A stretch of 64,000 nt of DNA, taken from NCBI GenBank assembly GCA_040386535.1, contig JAZKFH010000019.1, positions 64,001-128,000 of the forward strand. Reading direction: 5' to 3'. Position 1 is the stretch's first letter. Each line of letters opens with the position of its first letter. The notes below the pieces were generated by a model. The model ran no database searches, was not told the DNA's origin, and saw nothing but the letters and a program-made list of their open reading frames with translations. Of the stretch, positions 22,446 to 30,959 are shown piece after piece. Position numbers and translations under genes: made by a program. This DNA is from Myxococcota bacterium (GTDB taxonomy: Bacteria > Myxococcota_A > UBA796 > SXON01).

Positions 22446-23213
22446 GTGCAGCCCACCCTCTTCGTGCGCGCCGGGGCCCTCGGCGACTTCGTGCTCTCGC
22501 TGCCCGTGCTCCAAGCGCTCACGACGATGGGCCCGGTCCACGTCGTCACCACGCCGCGCTACGCCCCGCTGCTCCCCGCGGGCGCCACACTGGTCGCGGG
22601 GGACTGGATCTGGCGCGGTGATCCGCCCCCGGTCCCCTACGGCCTGGCCGTCACGTTCTCGCCCACCGCCGCCGACGCCCTGGTCTCCTCGGGCCTGACC
22701 AACGTACGGTCGGTCGCGTCGCGGCCGCCGCCCGGCGTACACGCGGTCGACCACTTCGCCTCCGTGCTCCTGGGCGTCGCGACGGTCGATCGCACCCCGC
22801 GCGTCCGCGCCCCAGATCGCAACACCGGCCACGACCGCCCGATCGTCCTCGCGCCGGGCTCGGGCGGGGCCGAGAAGCGCTGGTCGATCGCGCGGTGGCG
22901 AGCGGTGGCCGACGCGATCGAGGCGGCGCGGCCGGGGGCCCGGGTGGTCTGGGTGCGTGGCCCCGTCGAGTTCGAGGAGGACTGGCCGGTCGACGCCGTG
23001 TGCCCCGACCTCGCGGGGCTGGTCGCGCTGGCGGCGTCGTGTCGCGTATGGCTTGGTCCGGACGCGGGACCGTCGCATCTGGCGGCCGCGGTAGGGGCCC
23101 CGGTCGGCGTCGTGTTCGGCGTCACCGATCCCGCCTGCTGGGCTCCCGTGGGCGCGCGTGTGTGGCCCTGGGATATCGACCCCGTCACCATCGCGTCATG
23201 GGCCACTGCGTAA
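22446..23213 (+). CDS. Glycosyltransferase family 9 (heptosyltransferase-like)
   Basis: RAGALGDFVL, APGSGGAEKRW, GPDAGPSHLAAAVG, VFG.TDP..WAP. Confidence 0.85.
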   Translation: MQPTLFVRAGALGDFVLSLPVLQALTTMGPVHVVTTPRYAPLLPAGATLVAGDWIWRGDPPPVPYGLAVTFSPTAADALVSSGLTNVRSVASRPPPGVHAVDHFASVLLGVATVDRTPRVRAPDRNTGHDRPIVLAPGSGGAEKRWSIARWRAVADAIEAARPGARVVWVRGPVEFEEDWPVDAVCPDLAGLVALAASCRVWLGPDAGPSHLAAAVGAPVGVVFGVTDPACWAPVGARVWPWDIDPVTIASWATA

Positions 23214-23223
23214 ACGCTTACGC
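23208..23223. promoter_or_regulatory. LacI-family-like palindromic operator upstream of the amino acid dehydrogenase
   Basis: GCGTAA-ACGC-TTACGC with a central CG, about 100 bp before ATG 23320. Confidence 0.4.
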
Positions 23224-23319
23224 GCCCGACCCGTGCCTGACTTTACGAAACGCGGACGCAGCCAGTGGCGCACCCCCCCACTTCGACGCGATAAGGGGGC
23301 CCCCCTCAGGAGGCCGGCC

Positions 23320-24375
23320 ATGTCCATCTTCGAGCAGCTCTCGTCCTACGATCACGAGCAGATCCTCTTCTGCCGCAACGACGACGTCGGCCTCCGCGCG
23401 ATCATCGCGGTCCACAACACCACGCTCGGGCCCGCGCTCGGCGGGTGCCGCCTGTACGACTACGCCTCCGAGGCGGACGCCGTGCGCGACGTGCTGCGGC
23501 TCTCCCGCGGCATGACCTACAAGGCCGCGGTGGCCGGCCTCGATCTCGGCGGCGGCAAGGCCGTCATCATCGGGGACCCCTCGATGAAGTCCGAGCCGAT
23601 GATGCGCGCGTTCGGGCGCCACGTGCAGTCGCTCGGCGGCCGCTACATCACGGCCGAGGACATGAACACCTCCGTCGAGGACATGGACAACATCCGCCGT
23701 GAGACCAAGTGGGTCACCGGCTCGGCGGGCGGCTCCGGCGATCCCTCGCCGGTCACCGCGTGGGGCGTCTACCACGGCATCCGCGCCTGCCTCGAGGTCA
23801 TCTACGGCTCGCCCGACGTGGCGGGGCGCACGGTCGCCATCCAGGGTGTCGGAAACGTGGGGTACTACCTCGCGAAGTACCTGCACGAGGGCGGCGCGTC
23901 GCTGCTCTACGCCGACATCAGCCAGAAGCGCATCGCGCGCGTGGTCGAGGAGTTCGGCGGCACCGTGCTCGAGGGCGACGAGTTCTACCGCGCCAACTGT
24001 GACGTGGTGGCCCCCTGCGCCATCGGCGGCATCATCAACGCCCGCACGATCCCCATGATCAAGGCCCCGATCATCGCGGGCGGCGCCAACAACGTGCTCG
24101 ACGACGAGACGCGGGACGGCGAGGCCCTCGCCGAGCGCGGCATCACCTACGCCCCCGACTACGTCATCAACGCGGGCGGCCTCATCAACGTGTGCGCGGA
24201 GCTGAAGAACCAGAGCCGCGAGAAGGCCATGGCCGACGCCGGCGCGATCTTCAACACGGTCAAGCGCATCATCAACAAGGCCAAGTCCGAGGGCACCACG
24301 ACCATCCGCGCCGCCAACAAGGTGGCCGAGGAGCGGATGGAAGCGGTGGGCCGCCTCAAGCGCCTGTACGTTTGA
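23320..24375 (+). CDS. Leu/Val/Phe dehydrogenase (ELFV family)
   Basis: GPALGGCR, GMTYK, GGGKAVI, YITAEDM, GDPSPVTAWG, QGVGNVG, GGANN, PDYVINAGG. SD AGGAGG. Confidence 0.93.
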   Translation: MSIFEQLSSYDHEQILFCRNDDVGLRAIIAVHNTTLGPALGGCRLYDYASEADAVRDVLRLSRGMTYKAAVAGLDLGGGKAVIIGDPSMKSEPMMRAFGRHVQSLGGRYITAEDMNTSVEDMDNIRRETKWVTGSAGGSGDPSPVTAWGVYHGIRACLEVIYGSPDVAGRTVAIQGVGNVGYYLAKYLHEGGASLLYADISQKRIARVVEEFGGTVLEGDEFYRANCDVVAPCAIGGIINARTIPMIKAPIIAGGANNVLDDETRDGEALAERGITYAPDYVINAGGLINVCAELKNQSREKAMADAGAIFNTVKRIINKAKSEGTTTIRAANKVAEERMEAVGRLKRLYV

Positions 24376-24396
24376 TTCGGTAGCGCACTTCGGGCG

Positions 24397-24421
24397 CGAC
24401 CCCCGCGCGGCGCGGGGGTCG
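24397..24421. terminator. GC-rich hairpin between convergent genes
   Basis: CGACCCCCGCG-cgg-CGCGGGGGTCG, an 11-bp inverted repeat with no U tract. Confidence 0.4.
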
Positions 24422-24529
24422 GTCCCCTACAGGCGCGGGCTGCGCCCTTGGTCCGCCCGCGACGGGCGGGACCGGCCCCACCCGCCGAGCCGGGCGGGCC
24501 CGCCTTCCGGGCACCTCGCGCGCCTCGAC

Positions 24530-25054
24530 TCAGTCCCGCAGGTCCACGTCCGCCTTCGCCCGCCCGCGGCCCTTCTCGAGCCGGGCGGCGATGCGCTCCA
24601 GCGCGTCCCGCTCCTTGCGGCTGCTCGTCGGCACGTCGATCCACTCGTAGATCGAGCCCGTGAACTCGAGGTTGGCCGAGATGATGTCCTTCTCGACCTG
24701 CTCGTGGTTGCGCACGCGCACGAGGCCGCGGCCGGCCTTGTCGCCCACGTCGATCGTCATGCGGAACCGCACCTTCTCGGGGATGCGCGTGCCGGAGTAG
24801 ACGTTGAAGATGTAGTCGGACGCGCCCACGATCCACTCGGTCGAGATGAGGCCGCGCTCCTTGTCGATGACGTCGAGGGGGTAGAGGTCGGAGAACACCT
24901 CGACCGTCGCGTCCCAGAGGGCGCCCTTCGTGGCGTCGAACGTGGCCTCGACCGGGCGCTCCTCGTAGGCCGGGAGCGCGTCCTCCGGGAAGGTGGGCGG
25001 GATGCAGCCGGCGAGCACGGCGAGGGAGGCGAAGGTGAGGGCGCGGAGCATCAT
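24530..25054 (-). CDS. Lipoprotein, possibly BamC/helix-grip-like
   Basis: Lipobox LAGC. LWDATVEVF...IDKERGLISTEW pattern. Confidence 0.6.
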   Translation of the reverse strand: MMLRALTFASLAVLAGCIPPTFPEDALPAYEERPVEATFDATKGALWDATVEVFSDLYPLDVIDKERGLISTEWIVGASDYIFNVYSGTRIPEKVRFRMTIDVGDKAGRGLVRVRNHEQVEKDIISANLEFTGSIYEWIDVPTSSRKERDALERIAARLEKGRGRAKADVDLRD

Positions 25055-25104
25055 GGCGCCGCGATCGTAGCACACGGATAGGCTCCGGCCGAAGGGCAAG
25101 TCGC

Positions 25105-26094
25105 GTGCGCATCGCCACCGTGTGTTCGGCCCATGGCTTCGGCCATGTGACTCGCGAGCTCGTCATCGCGGATGCGCTCGCGGCGCGAGGGGCCGAGGTC
25201 ACGTTGTTCACGGCGGCGCCGCGCGCGTTGTTGGCGGGCGTGCGCCACGCGGTCGTGCCGTGGGCCGCGGACGTCGGCATCGCGCAGCGCGACAGCTTGA
25301 GCGAGGACGTGGAGGGGACGCTCGCGCGCCTGGAGACCGTCGCGAGCGAGGGCGCGATCGACGCGTTGGCGGAGGTGTTGGCCGGGTACGACCGCGTGGT
25401 GGTCGACATCGCGCCTCCCGCGTTGGAGGCGGCGCGGCGCGCGGGGGTGCCGGCGTTCGCGGTGGGCAACTTCGACTGGGCGTGGATCTACCGGCACTAC
25501 CCGGCGCTCGCCGGCTGGGCCGAGCGGTTCGCGCGCTGGCAGGCGCCGCACCGGGGGCTGTTCCTGGAGCCGGGCCCCGGGTTGACGGGGTTCGCCGTGG
25601 TGGAGCGGTTCGGGGTCGTGGGGCGGCGGGCCGGGCCCGTCACACGCGGACGTCCCGGCGCGCGAACCGTCCTCGTCTGCTTCGGCGGCTTCGGCCTCGA
25701 CGGCATCGACGCGTGGTTGCCCCGGATCGACGGGGTGCGATGGGTGCTCGCGCCACCGATGGCCCGGGTGCCGCGTGACGACGTGTCGTGGGTGGACGAC
25801 GTGCCGTTTCCCGAGCTGGTCGCGGGCGCCGACGCGCTGCTCACGAAGCCCGGCTACGGCATCTACGCCGAGGCCGCCCTGGCCGGCACGCCGATGGTGT
25901 GGGTCGACCGCGGCGCGTTCCCAGAGGCGCCGTGGCTCGAAGCGGCCATGGTGGCGCGCGGGGACGTGAAGGTGGACGGGCGGGGCGGTGTAGCCGTCGC
26001 CGCCGCCCTCGCGCGCCTCTGGCGCCAGGAGCCGCCCACCCCCACCCGGAGTGACGCCGCCGAGCGTGTGGCGGCGCGGATCCTCGGCGGGTAG
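25105..26094 (+). CDS. GT-B fold glycosyltransferase-like protein (similar to the arabinokinase N-terminal domain)
   Basis: SAHGFGHVTR, GNFDWAWIY, CFGGFG, LLTKPGYG, RGAFPE. Confidence 0.7.
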   Translation: MRIATVCSAHGFGHVTRELVIADALAARGAEVTLFTAAPRALLAGVRHAVVPWAADVGIAQRDSLSEDVEGTLARLETVASEGAIDALAEVLAGYDRVVVDIAPPALEAARRAGVPAFAVGNFDWAWIYRHYPALAGWAERFARWQAPHRGLFLEPGPGLTGFAVVERFGVVGRRAGPVTRGRPGARTVLVCFGGFGLDGIDAWLPRIDGVRWVLAPPMARVPRDDVSWVDDVPFPELVAGADALLTKPGYGIYAEAALAGTPMVWVDRGAFPEAPWLEAAMVARGDVKVDGRGGVAVAAALARLWRQEPPTPTRSDAAERVAARILGG

Positions 26095-26114
26095 GCGCCC
26101 CTGGATCAGCGCCC

Positions 26115-26837
26115 TTACGCGTGCGCCTCGGTCTCGGCCCGCCGCGCCGCGCGCTGGCCCTCCTTGAAGCCGGCCAGGGCGTGCACCTCGACCGGAGAGC
26201 CCTCCGCCACGAACATCGCGATGGGCTTGGTGGCGCCGAGGGTGTGCCAGGCATCCCCGAACAGGACGCCCGGATCGAACTCCAGGCGCGGGCGCACGTC
26301 GTCCCAGATCCGCCAACGGGGGTGGTCGACCCGCATCGAGAGCGGAACACCGGACCAGTGTTTTCCGAACATCCACGGGCGGTTGTACAGGAAGTCCTCG
26401 AATCCACGTTCGGCCGGCAATTCGGGCTCGCCCACCGTGGTCCAGGCGATGCGGTGGGTGCGCCCGCCGTAGCGGAGCTCGTGCTCCTCGCCCGTGCGGT
26501 GGTACGGCACGGCGATGACCGGCTCGTTCGCGGCGAAGCGGGAGAGGCCCGCCACGATCGGCCGCGGCACGAATTGCCGCACGGTCCTCAGGCCGCGCCG
26601 CCGCCCGTCCCGCACGTACAGGCGCAGCGAGACCTCGGGAACGCGCCGCTCGCCTGGCACCCGCACGCCCAGCACGCGGGGATCGACCAGATCGAGCGCC
26701 ACGAGGCTGGCCAGCGCACGGCCCTCCCAGCGGTCCGGGACCATGTCGGGCAACAGGTAGGGGCGATATTGTTCCTCGCCCACGACCCACGTCTGGCAGA
26801 AGATGTTCGACCAACGACCGGAAAGGAAGGGTGTCAT
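26115..26837 (-). CDS. DUF2071/YqjF-family protein
   Basis: FLSGRW, SLVAL, PEVSLRLYV, VDHPRW, FVAEGS. Confidence 0.7.
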   Translation of the reverse strand: MTPFLSGRWSNIFCQTWVVGEEQYRPYLLPDMVPDRWEGRALASLVALDLVDPRVLGVRVPGERRVPEVSLRLYVRDGRRRGLRTVRQFVPRPIVAGLSRFAANEPVIAVPYHRTGEEHELRYGGRTHRIAWTTVGEPELPAERGFEDFLYNRPWMFGKHWSGVPLSMRVDHPRWRIWDDVRPRLEFDPGVLFGDAWHTLGATKPIAMFVAEGSPVEVHALAGFKEGQRAARRAETEAHA

Positions 26838-26919
26838 ACGTTCAGGATAGGCACGGCCAGGCGCGCGCGGGACAAGGCCGAATCCATGACATAGACTGGT
26901 GCCCCTCTCTGGAGCGTTC

Positions 26920-28221
26920 GTGAACATCAGCGTCGTCGGCACCGGATACGTCGGGCTCGTCGTGGGGACGTGCATGGCCGACCTGGGCCACAACGTCACG
27001 TGCGTCGACAACGACGCGGGCAAGGTTGCCGCGTTGGTGGCCGGCAAGGTCCCCATCTACGAGCCGGGCCTCGAACAATTGCTCGACCGCAACGCGCGGG
27101 AGGGCCGCCTCACCTTCACGCAGGACCTCGCAACCGCGCTCAAGCACAGCCGCGTCGTGTTCGTGGCGGTGGGCACGCCCTCCGCGGCGGACGGCAGCGC
27201 CGATCTCTCCGGCATCTTCAACGTCGCCCGCGAGGTGGCGAAGAACGCCGAGGGTGACGTCATCCTCATCATCAAGAGCACCGTGCCGGTCGGCACCGCC
27301 GACAAGCTGCGCGAGGTGCTCTCCTCGGTGATGAACCACCGCTACGACGTGGTGTCCAACCCCGAGTTTCTCAAGGAGGGCGCCGCCATCGACGACTTCC
27401 TGCGGCCCGACCGCGTCGTGGTCGGCGTGGGCTCGCCCGAGGCGCGCAAAGTCATGGAGGACCTGTACGCGCCCCTCGTCCGCAGCGGCAAGCCCCTGTT
27501 GTTCATGGACAACCGGTCGGCCGAGCTGTGCAAGTACGCCGCGAACGCCTTCCTCGCGACGCGCATCAGCTTCATCAACGAGATCGCGGCGCTGTGCACC
27601 AAGGTCGGCGCCGACGTGGACATGGTGCGCCTCGGCGCAGGGAGCGACTCCCGCATCGGCGGCCGCTTCTTCTTCCCCGGCGCCGGCTACGGTGGCTCCT
27701 GCTTCCCGAAGGACGTGCGCGCCCTGGTGGAGACCGCGAGGGAGAACAACATCGAGATGAAGGTCGTCACCGCCGTCGAGTCGGTGAACGAGCGCCAGAA
27801 GCACCTACTCGCCGACATGGTGATCGAGCGATTCGGCAAGGATCTCTCGGGGTTGCGCTTCTGCCTCTGGGGTCTTGCCTTCAAGCCCGAGACCGACGAC
27901 ATGCGCGAGGCGCCCGCCCTCACCATCATCGATCGCATCCTCGCCGCCGGCGGCGAGATCGTGGCCTACGATCCCGAGGCGATGAACGAGGCGAAGCGCG
28001 TCATCAAGCAGCCGATCGCCTACGCCGACCGCGCGATGGAGGCCGCGAAGGACGCCGACGCCGTGCTGATCGTCACGGAGTGGAACGAGTTCCGCAGCCC
28101 CAACCTCGAGCAGCTCAAGGGCCTGATGAAGCGCCCCGTGGTGTTCGACGGGCGCAACGTGCTCAACCCCGCCGAGGCGCGCCGCCTGGGGTTCGAGTAC
28201 CGGTCGATCGGGCGGCCGTAG
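26920..28221 (+). CDS. ugd: UDP-glucose 6-dehydrogenase
   Basis: GTGYVGL, KSTVPVGT, SNPEFLKEG, KYAANAFLA, GYGGSCFPKD, GLAFKPETDDMRE. Confidence 0.95.
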   Translation: MNISVVGTGYVGLVVGTCMADLGHNVTCVDNDAGKVAALVAGKVPIYEPGLEQLLDRNAREGRLTFTQDLATALKHSRVVFVAVGTPSAADGSADLSGIFNVAREVAKNAEGDVILIIKSTVPVGTADKLREVLSSVMNHRYDVVSNPEFLKEGAAIDDFLRPDRVVVGVGSPEARKVMEDLYAPLVRSGKPLLFMDNRSAELCKYAANAFLATRISFINEIAALCTKVGADVDMVRLGAGSDSRIGGRFFFPGAGYGGSCFPKDVRALVETARENNIEMKVVTAVESVNERQKHLLADMVIERFGKDLSGLRFCLWGLAFKPETDDMREAPALTIIDRILAAGGEIVAYDPEAMNEAKRVIKQPIAYADRAMEAAKDADAVLIVTEWNEFRSPNLEQLKGLMKRPVVFDGRNVLNPAEARRLGFEYRSIGRP

Positions 28222-28289
28222 GGGGGGCGGGAGCGCGGGATCTGGTACAACCAGCTCGATCCCAACGCCGATGCCTCGGAGCGCTTCCG

Positions 28290-29531
28290 ATGTTCACCTT
28301 GCTCTTCGCCCCAGCCCTGGCAGTCCCCACCACGATCGTCGTCGATGCGAGCGGCGGCGGCGATTTCACGGATCTCGCCGAGGCCATCGCCGACGCGCCC
28401 AGCGATGTGCGGCTCGAGGTGCGCGCGGGGGCGTACACCATCGACCGATCCTTGTGGTTGGGGGACACGTTCGAGCTCGTGGGCGAGGGGCAGGACGTCG
28501 TCACCATCACGTTCGTCGGCTACGGGCTCCAGCCCGCCGCCGCGGTCCGCGCCTCTATCAGCGATGTCACGTTCGAGCAGGTCCCGTCGGGCATCGAGGG
28601 GTACGTGGCGTTCAGTGGGACGCCGGACGTGACCCTGGAACGTGTCACATTCGTGGGCGTGGGCGTCGACTGGTGCCTGTACCTCCAGAACGCCGGCCGC
28701 GTGCAGGTCGAGGCGAGCCGCTTCGTCGGGTGTGGGGAAGGAATCGAGTTCGCCGGGGTCGTGGCCACCATCCAGAACAACCTGTTCGTCGGCAACGAGA
28801 CAGCGTTGGAGTCGAACGCCTACGAAGACGGCGGCTCGATCGTGGACGTGCGCAACAACACCTTCGTGGCCAACTTCGGGCACGTCATCGCCAGCGAGGG
28901 GGTCGGGAGCGTCACGCTCCAGGACAACCTGTTCGTGAGCTCGGTGGCCTACACGCTCACCTGGGATGGGCTGTACGGGTACGACATCGCGGATTGGCAC
29001 GTGTCCGACAACCTCTTCTGGGACAACGGAGAAGGGGCCGGGGGCCGCGTCCTCTGGGGTGCGGACTACCTCGAAGCGGACCCCCTCTTCGTCGCCTGGT
29101 CGGATGACGGAGACTTCTCCAACGACGACTTCCACCTCCTCGAGGGCTCCCCCGCCATCGACGCGGCCGCGGGCGCATCCGTCCTCACCGACCACGACGC
29201 CGTCACACGGCCGTTCGACGGAAATGGCGATGGGACGGCCATCGCCGACATGGGGGCGTACGAGTGGTCGAGTGAAACCGACGCCGACACCGACACGGAT
29301 ACCGACACCGATTCGGATACCGACACCGACTCGGATACCGACACCGACTCGGATACCGACACCGACTCGGATACCGACACCGACACCGATACCGACTCGG
29401 ACACGGATTCGGACACAGACACCGGTTCGGAGACCCCCACCGCTGGCTGCGGCTGCACGACCCGCTCGTCTCCCGCTGGCCTGGCGATCCTTGTCGGGCT
29501 TGCGCTCATCGGCCGCCGCCGTCGCCCGTAG
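28290..29531 (+). CDS. Secreted right-handed beta-helix protein with Asp/Thr linker and MYXO-CTERM-like anchor
   Basis: NNLFVGN and NNTFVAN repeats, DFHLLEGSPAIDA..DMGAYE, a DT run, then GCGC-TM-RRRR. Confidence 0.85.
   Translation: MFTLLFAPALAVPTTIVVDASGGGDFTDLAEAIADAPSDVRLEVRAGAYTIDRSLWLGDTFELVGEGQDVVTITFVGYGLQPAAAVRASISDVTFEQVPSGIEGYVAFSGTPDVTLERVTFVGVGVDWCLYLQNAGRVQVEASRFVGCGEGIEFAGVVATIQNNLFVGNETALESNAYEDGGSIVDVRNNTFVANFGHVIASEGVGSVTLQDNLFVSSVAYTLTWDGLYGYDIADWHVSDNLFWDNGEGAGGRVLWGADYLEADPLFVAWSDDGDFSNDDFHLLEGSPAIDAAAGASVLTDHDAVTRPFDGNGDGTAIADMGAYEWSSETDADTDTDTDTDSDTDTDSDTDTDSDTDTDSDTDTDTDTDSDTDSDTDTGSETPTAGCGCTTRSSPAGLAILVGLALIGRRRRP
29277..29423 (+). repeat. Coding low-complexity tandem repeat (DT/DS; 18-bp unit GATACCGACACCGACTCG)
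   Basis: About five 18-bp units from 29298, within a longer 6-bp-period run. Confidence 0.9.
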
Positions 29532-29537
29532 GCATCG

Positions 29538-29589
29538 GTTCTTGGGGCGGCCTCATGGGGCAGGGGGCGCCGCCCCCCGCAACGCCCCC
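29538..29589 (-). repeat. REP-like palindromic dispersed repeat, copy A (intergenic)
   Basis: Shares GGGGGCGTTGCGGGGGGC (18 nt) and CCGCCCCAAGAAC (13 nt) with 58820-58856. Confidence 0.7.
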
Positions 29590-29603
29590 GGAGCCACCCG
29601 GCG

Positions 29604-30194
29604 TCAGAACGCGCGGTACCAGAGCACGGTCTCGCGCGCGCCGTCCTGGGCCGTGACGATGCCCTCGATCTCGTTGATCGTGCCGCCGCCGTAGCGGACC
29701 CGCACCTCGCCGCTGACGGGGGCGCCATGGAGTCCGGCGGGGAGGCTCTCGGTGCCGAGGTCGAGCGCGTGGACCACCTCGACGCCCTCCCAGCCGATCC
29801 ACAACGACGCGGGGCCCGAGACGGAGACCCCCTCGCCGCTGAGCGTCAGCGCCACGGGCACCTCCAGCAGGTCCCGGCAGGTCTCCTCCGGCTCCTCGCC
29901 GACCCAGGCGTGGGAGCTGTTCCGCCCCGAGCCGCTCACCTTCTCGGTGACGACCGTCGCGTCGTCCAGGACGGCCATCCCGTCGGCACGCGCGACCGTT
30001 ACCACAAGCGGGAGCGCGCCGCCGTCGAGGCCGATGGCGTCGGCCTCCTGGGGGTCGACGAGGGGGAGCAGCACGCGCGCAACGCTGGTGTCGAGCTCGT
30101 CCAGGCGCTCGTCGTCAACGACCTCGCGAACCTCGAACTCGCAGTGGCTCTCGAGGAACGTCGTGGCGCAACCGAGGAGGAGGGCGAGGATCAT
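29604..30194 (-). CDS. Hypothetical lipoprotein (paralogue of the upstream gene)
   Basis: MILALLLGC start at an ATGA overlap. Aligns by eye with 30191-30805. Confidence 0.7.
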   Translation of the reverse strand: MILALLLGCATTFLESHCEFEVREVVDDERLDELDTSVARVLLPLVDPQEADAIGLDGGALPLVVTVARADGMAVLDDATVVTEKVSGSGRNSSHAWVGEEPEETCRDLLEVPVALTLSGEGVSVSGPASLWIGWEGVEVVHALDLGTESLPAGLHGAPVSGEVRVRYGGGTINEIEGIVTAQDGARETVLWYRAF

Positions 30195-30805
30195 TCGCGT
30201 GCACCGACAGCGGGGGGAAAGGCGAGGGCTTCCTTCTCCGTGCCGACCCACGCGAGCGAGGCCTGATCCAGATCCGGGCCCGCGTACCAGGCGCCGAGCT
30301 CGGCGCCGTCCGCGAGCGCGGGGGGTTCGGGGAGGGTCGCCGTTTCGAGGTCGATGGGGGCGACGAACGAGACACGGTCCTCCGCGCCCGCGGTCGCCAC
30401 GGCCTCGGCGAGCGCCTCGCCCTCGACCGCGATGCTGCCGTCCGTCGTCGTCAGCGCATAGATGACGGGCACCTCGACCACGTCGTCACAGATCCAGATG
30501 ATCCCCATGTCGTTGTGGTGCAGCGCGACCTCGAGCCCGAGGTGTGTCGTCTCGACCATCGTGGCGTCGGCGAACACCGCGGTCCCGTCGCCGCGGGCCA
30601 CGTCGAGCTCGGCCGTGAGCAGGCCGCCCTCACGATTGGTGGCCGGGAACGTGCGCACGCCCTCGAGCCCAGCGAGGATCTCCTCCATCGTGGACGCGAG
30701 ATCGCCCAAATCGGCCTCGTCGTCCGCTATGTCGATCCGCTCCGTCTCACAGTGGAACTCGGAGATCTGGCAGCCGACGAGCGCGAGGACATACAGGAGG
30801 AACAT
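30191..30805 (-). CDS. Hypothetical lipoprotein (paralogue of the downstream gene)
   Basis: MFLLYVLALVGC. Shares HCE..DDE, VAR.DG.AV..DAT and C.D..EVPV with its neighbour. Confidence 0.7.
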   Translation of the reverse strand: MFLLYVLALVGCQISEFHCETERIDIADDEADLGDLASTMEEILAGLEGVRTFPATNREGGLLTAELDVARGDGTAVFADATMVETTHLGLEVALHHNDMGIIWICDDVVEVPVIYALTTTDGSIAVEGEALAEAVATAGAEDRVSFVAPIDLETATLPEPPALADGAELGAWYAGPDLDQASLAWVGTEKEALAFPPAVGARE

Positions 30806-30959
30806 CGCGTACAGATAGCCGCGGCCGGGACCACCCGCTCGGTTTCCTCCAGAACAGGTGCGCGTCCCGCCGTCGGCTCCCGTCGATGCCCGGCCCGGGA
30901 CGCCTCCTGGGGCGGTAATTGAGCCGGTCGGATAGAGGGGCGGCCCGCTACGGACCGTC

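Noticed and set aside
23294..23306. AGGGGGCCCCCCT palindrome next to the dehydrogenase SD
   Set aside because: Too short and low in complexity to support a riboswitch or attenuator call.
29277..29423. Regular repeats as a possible CRISPR array
   Set aside because: In-frame DT-coding repeat with no unique spacers and no cas genes.
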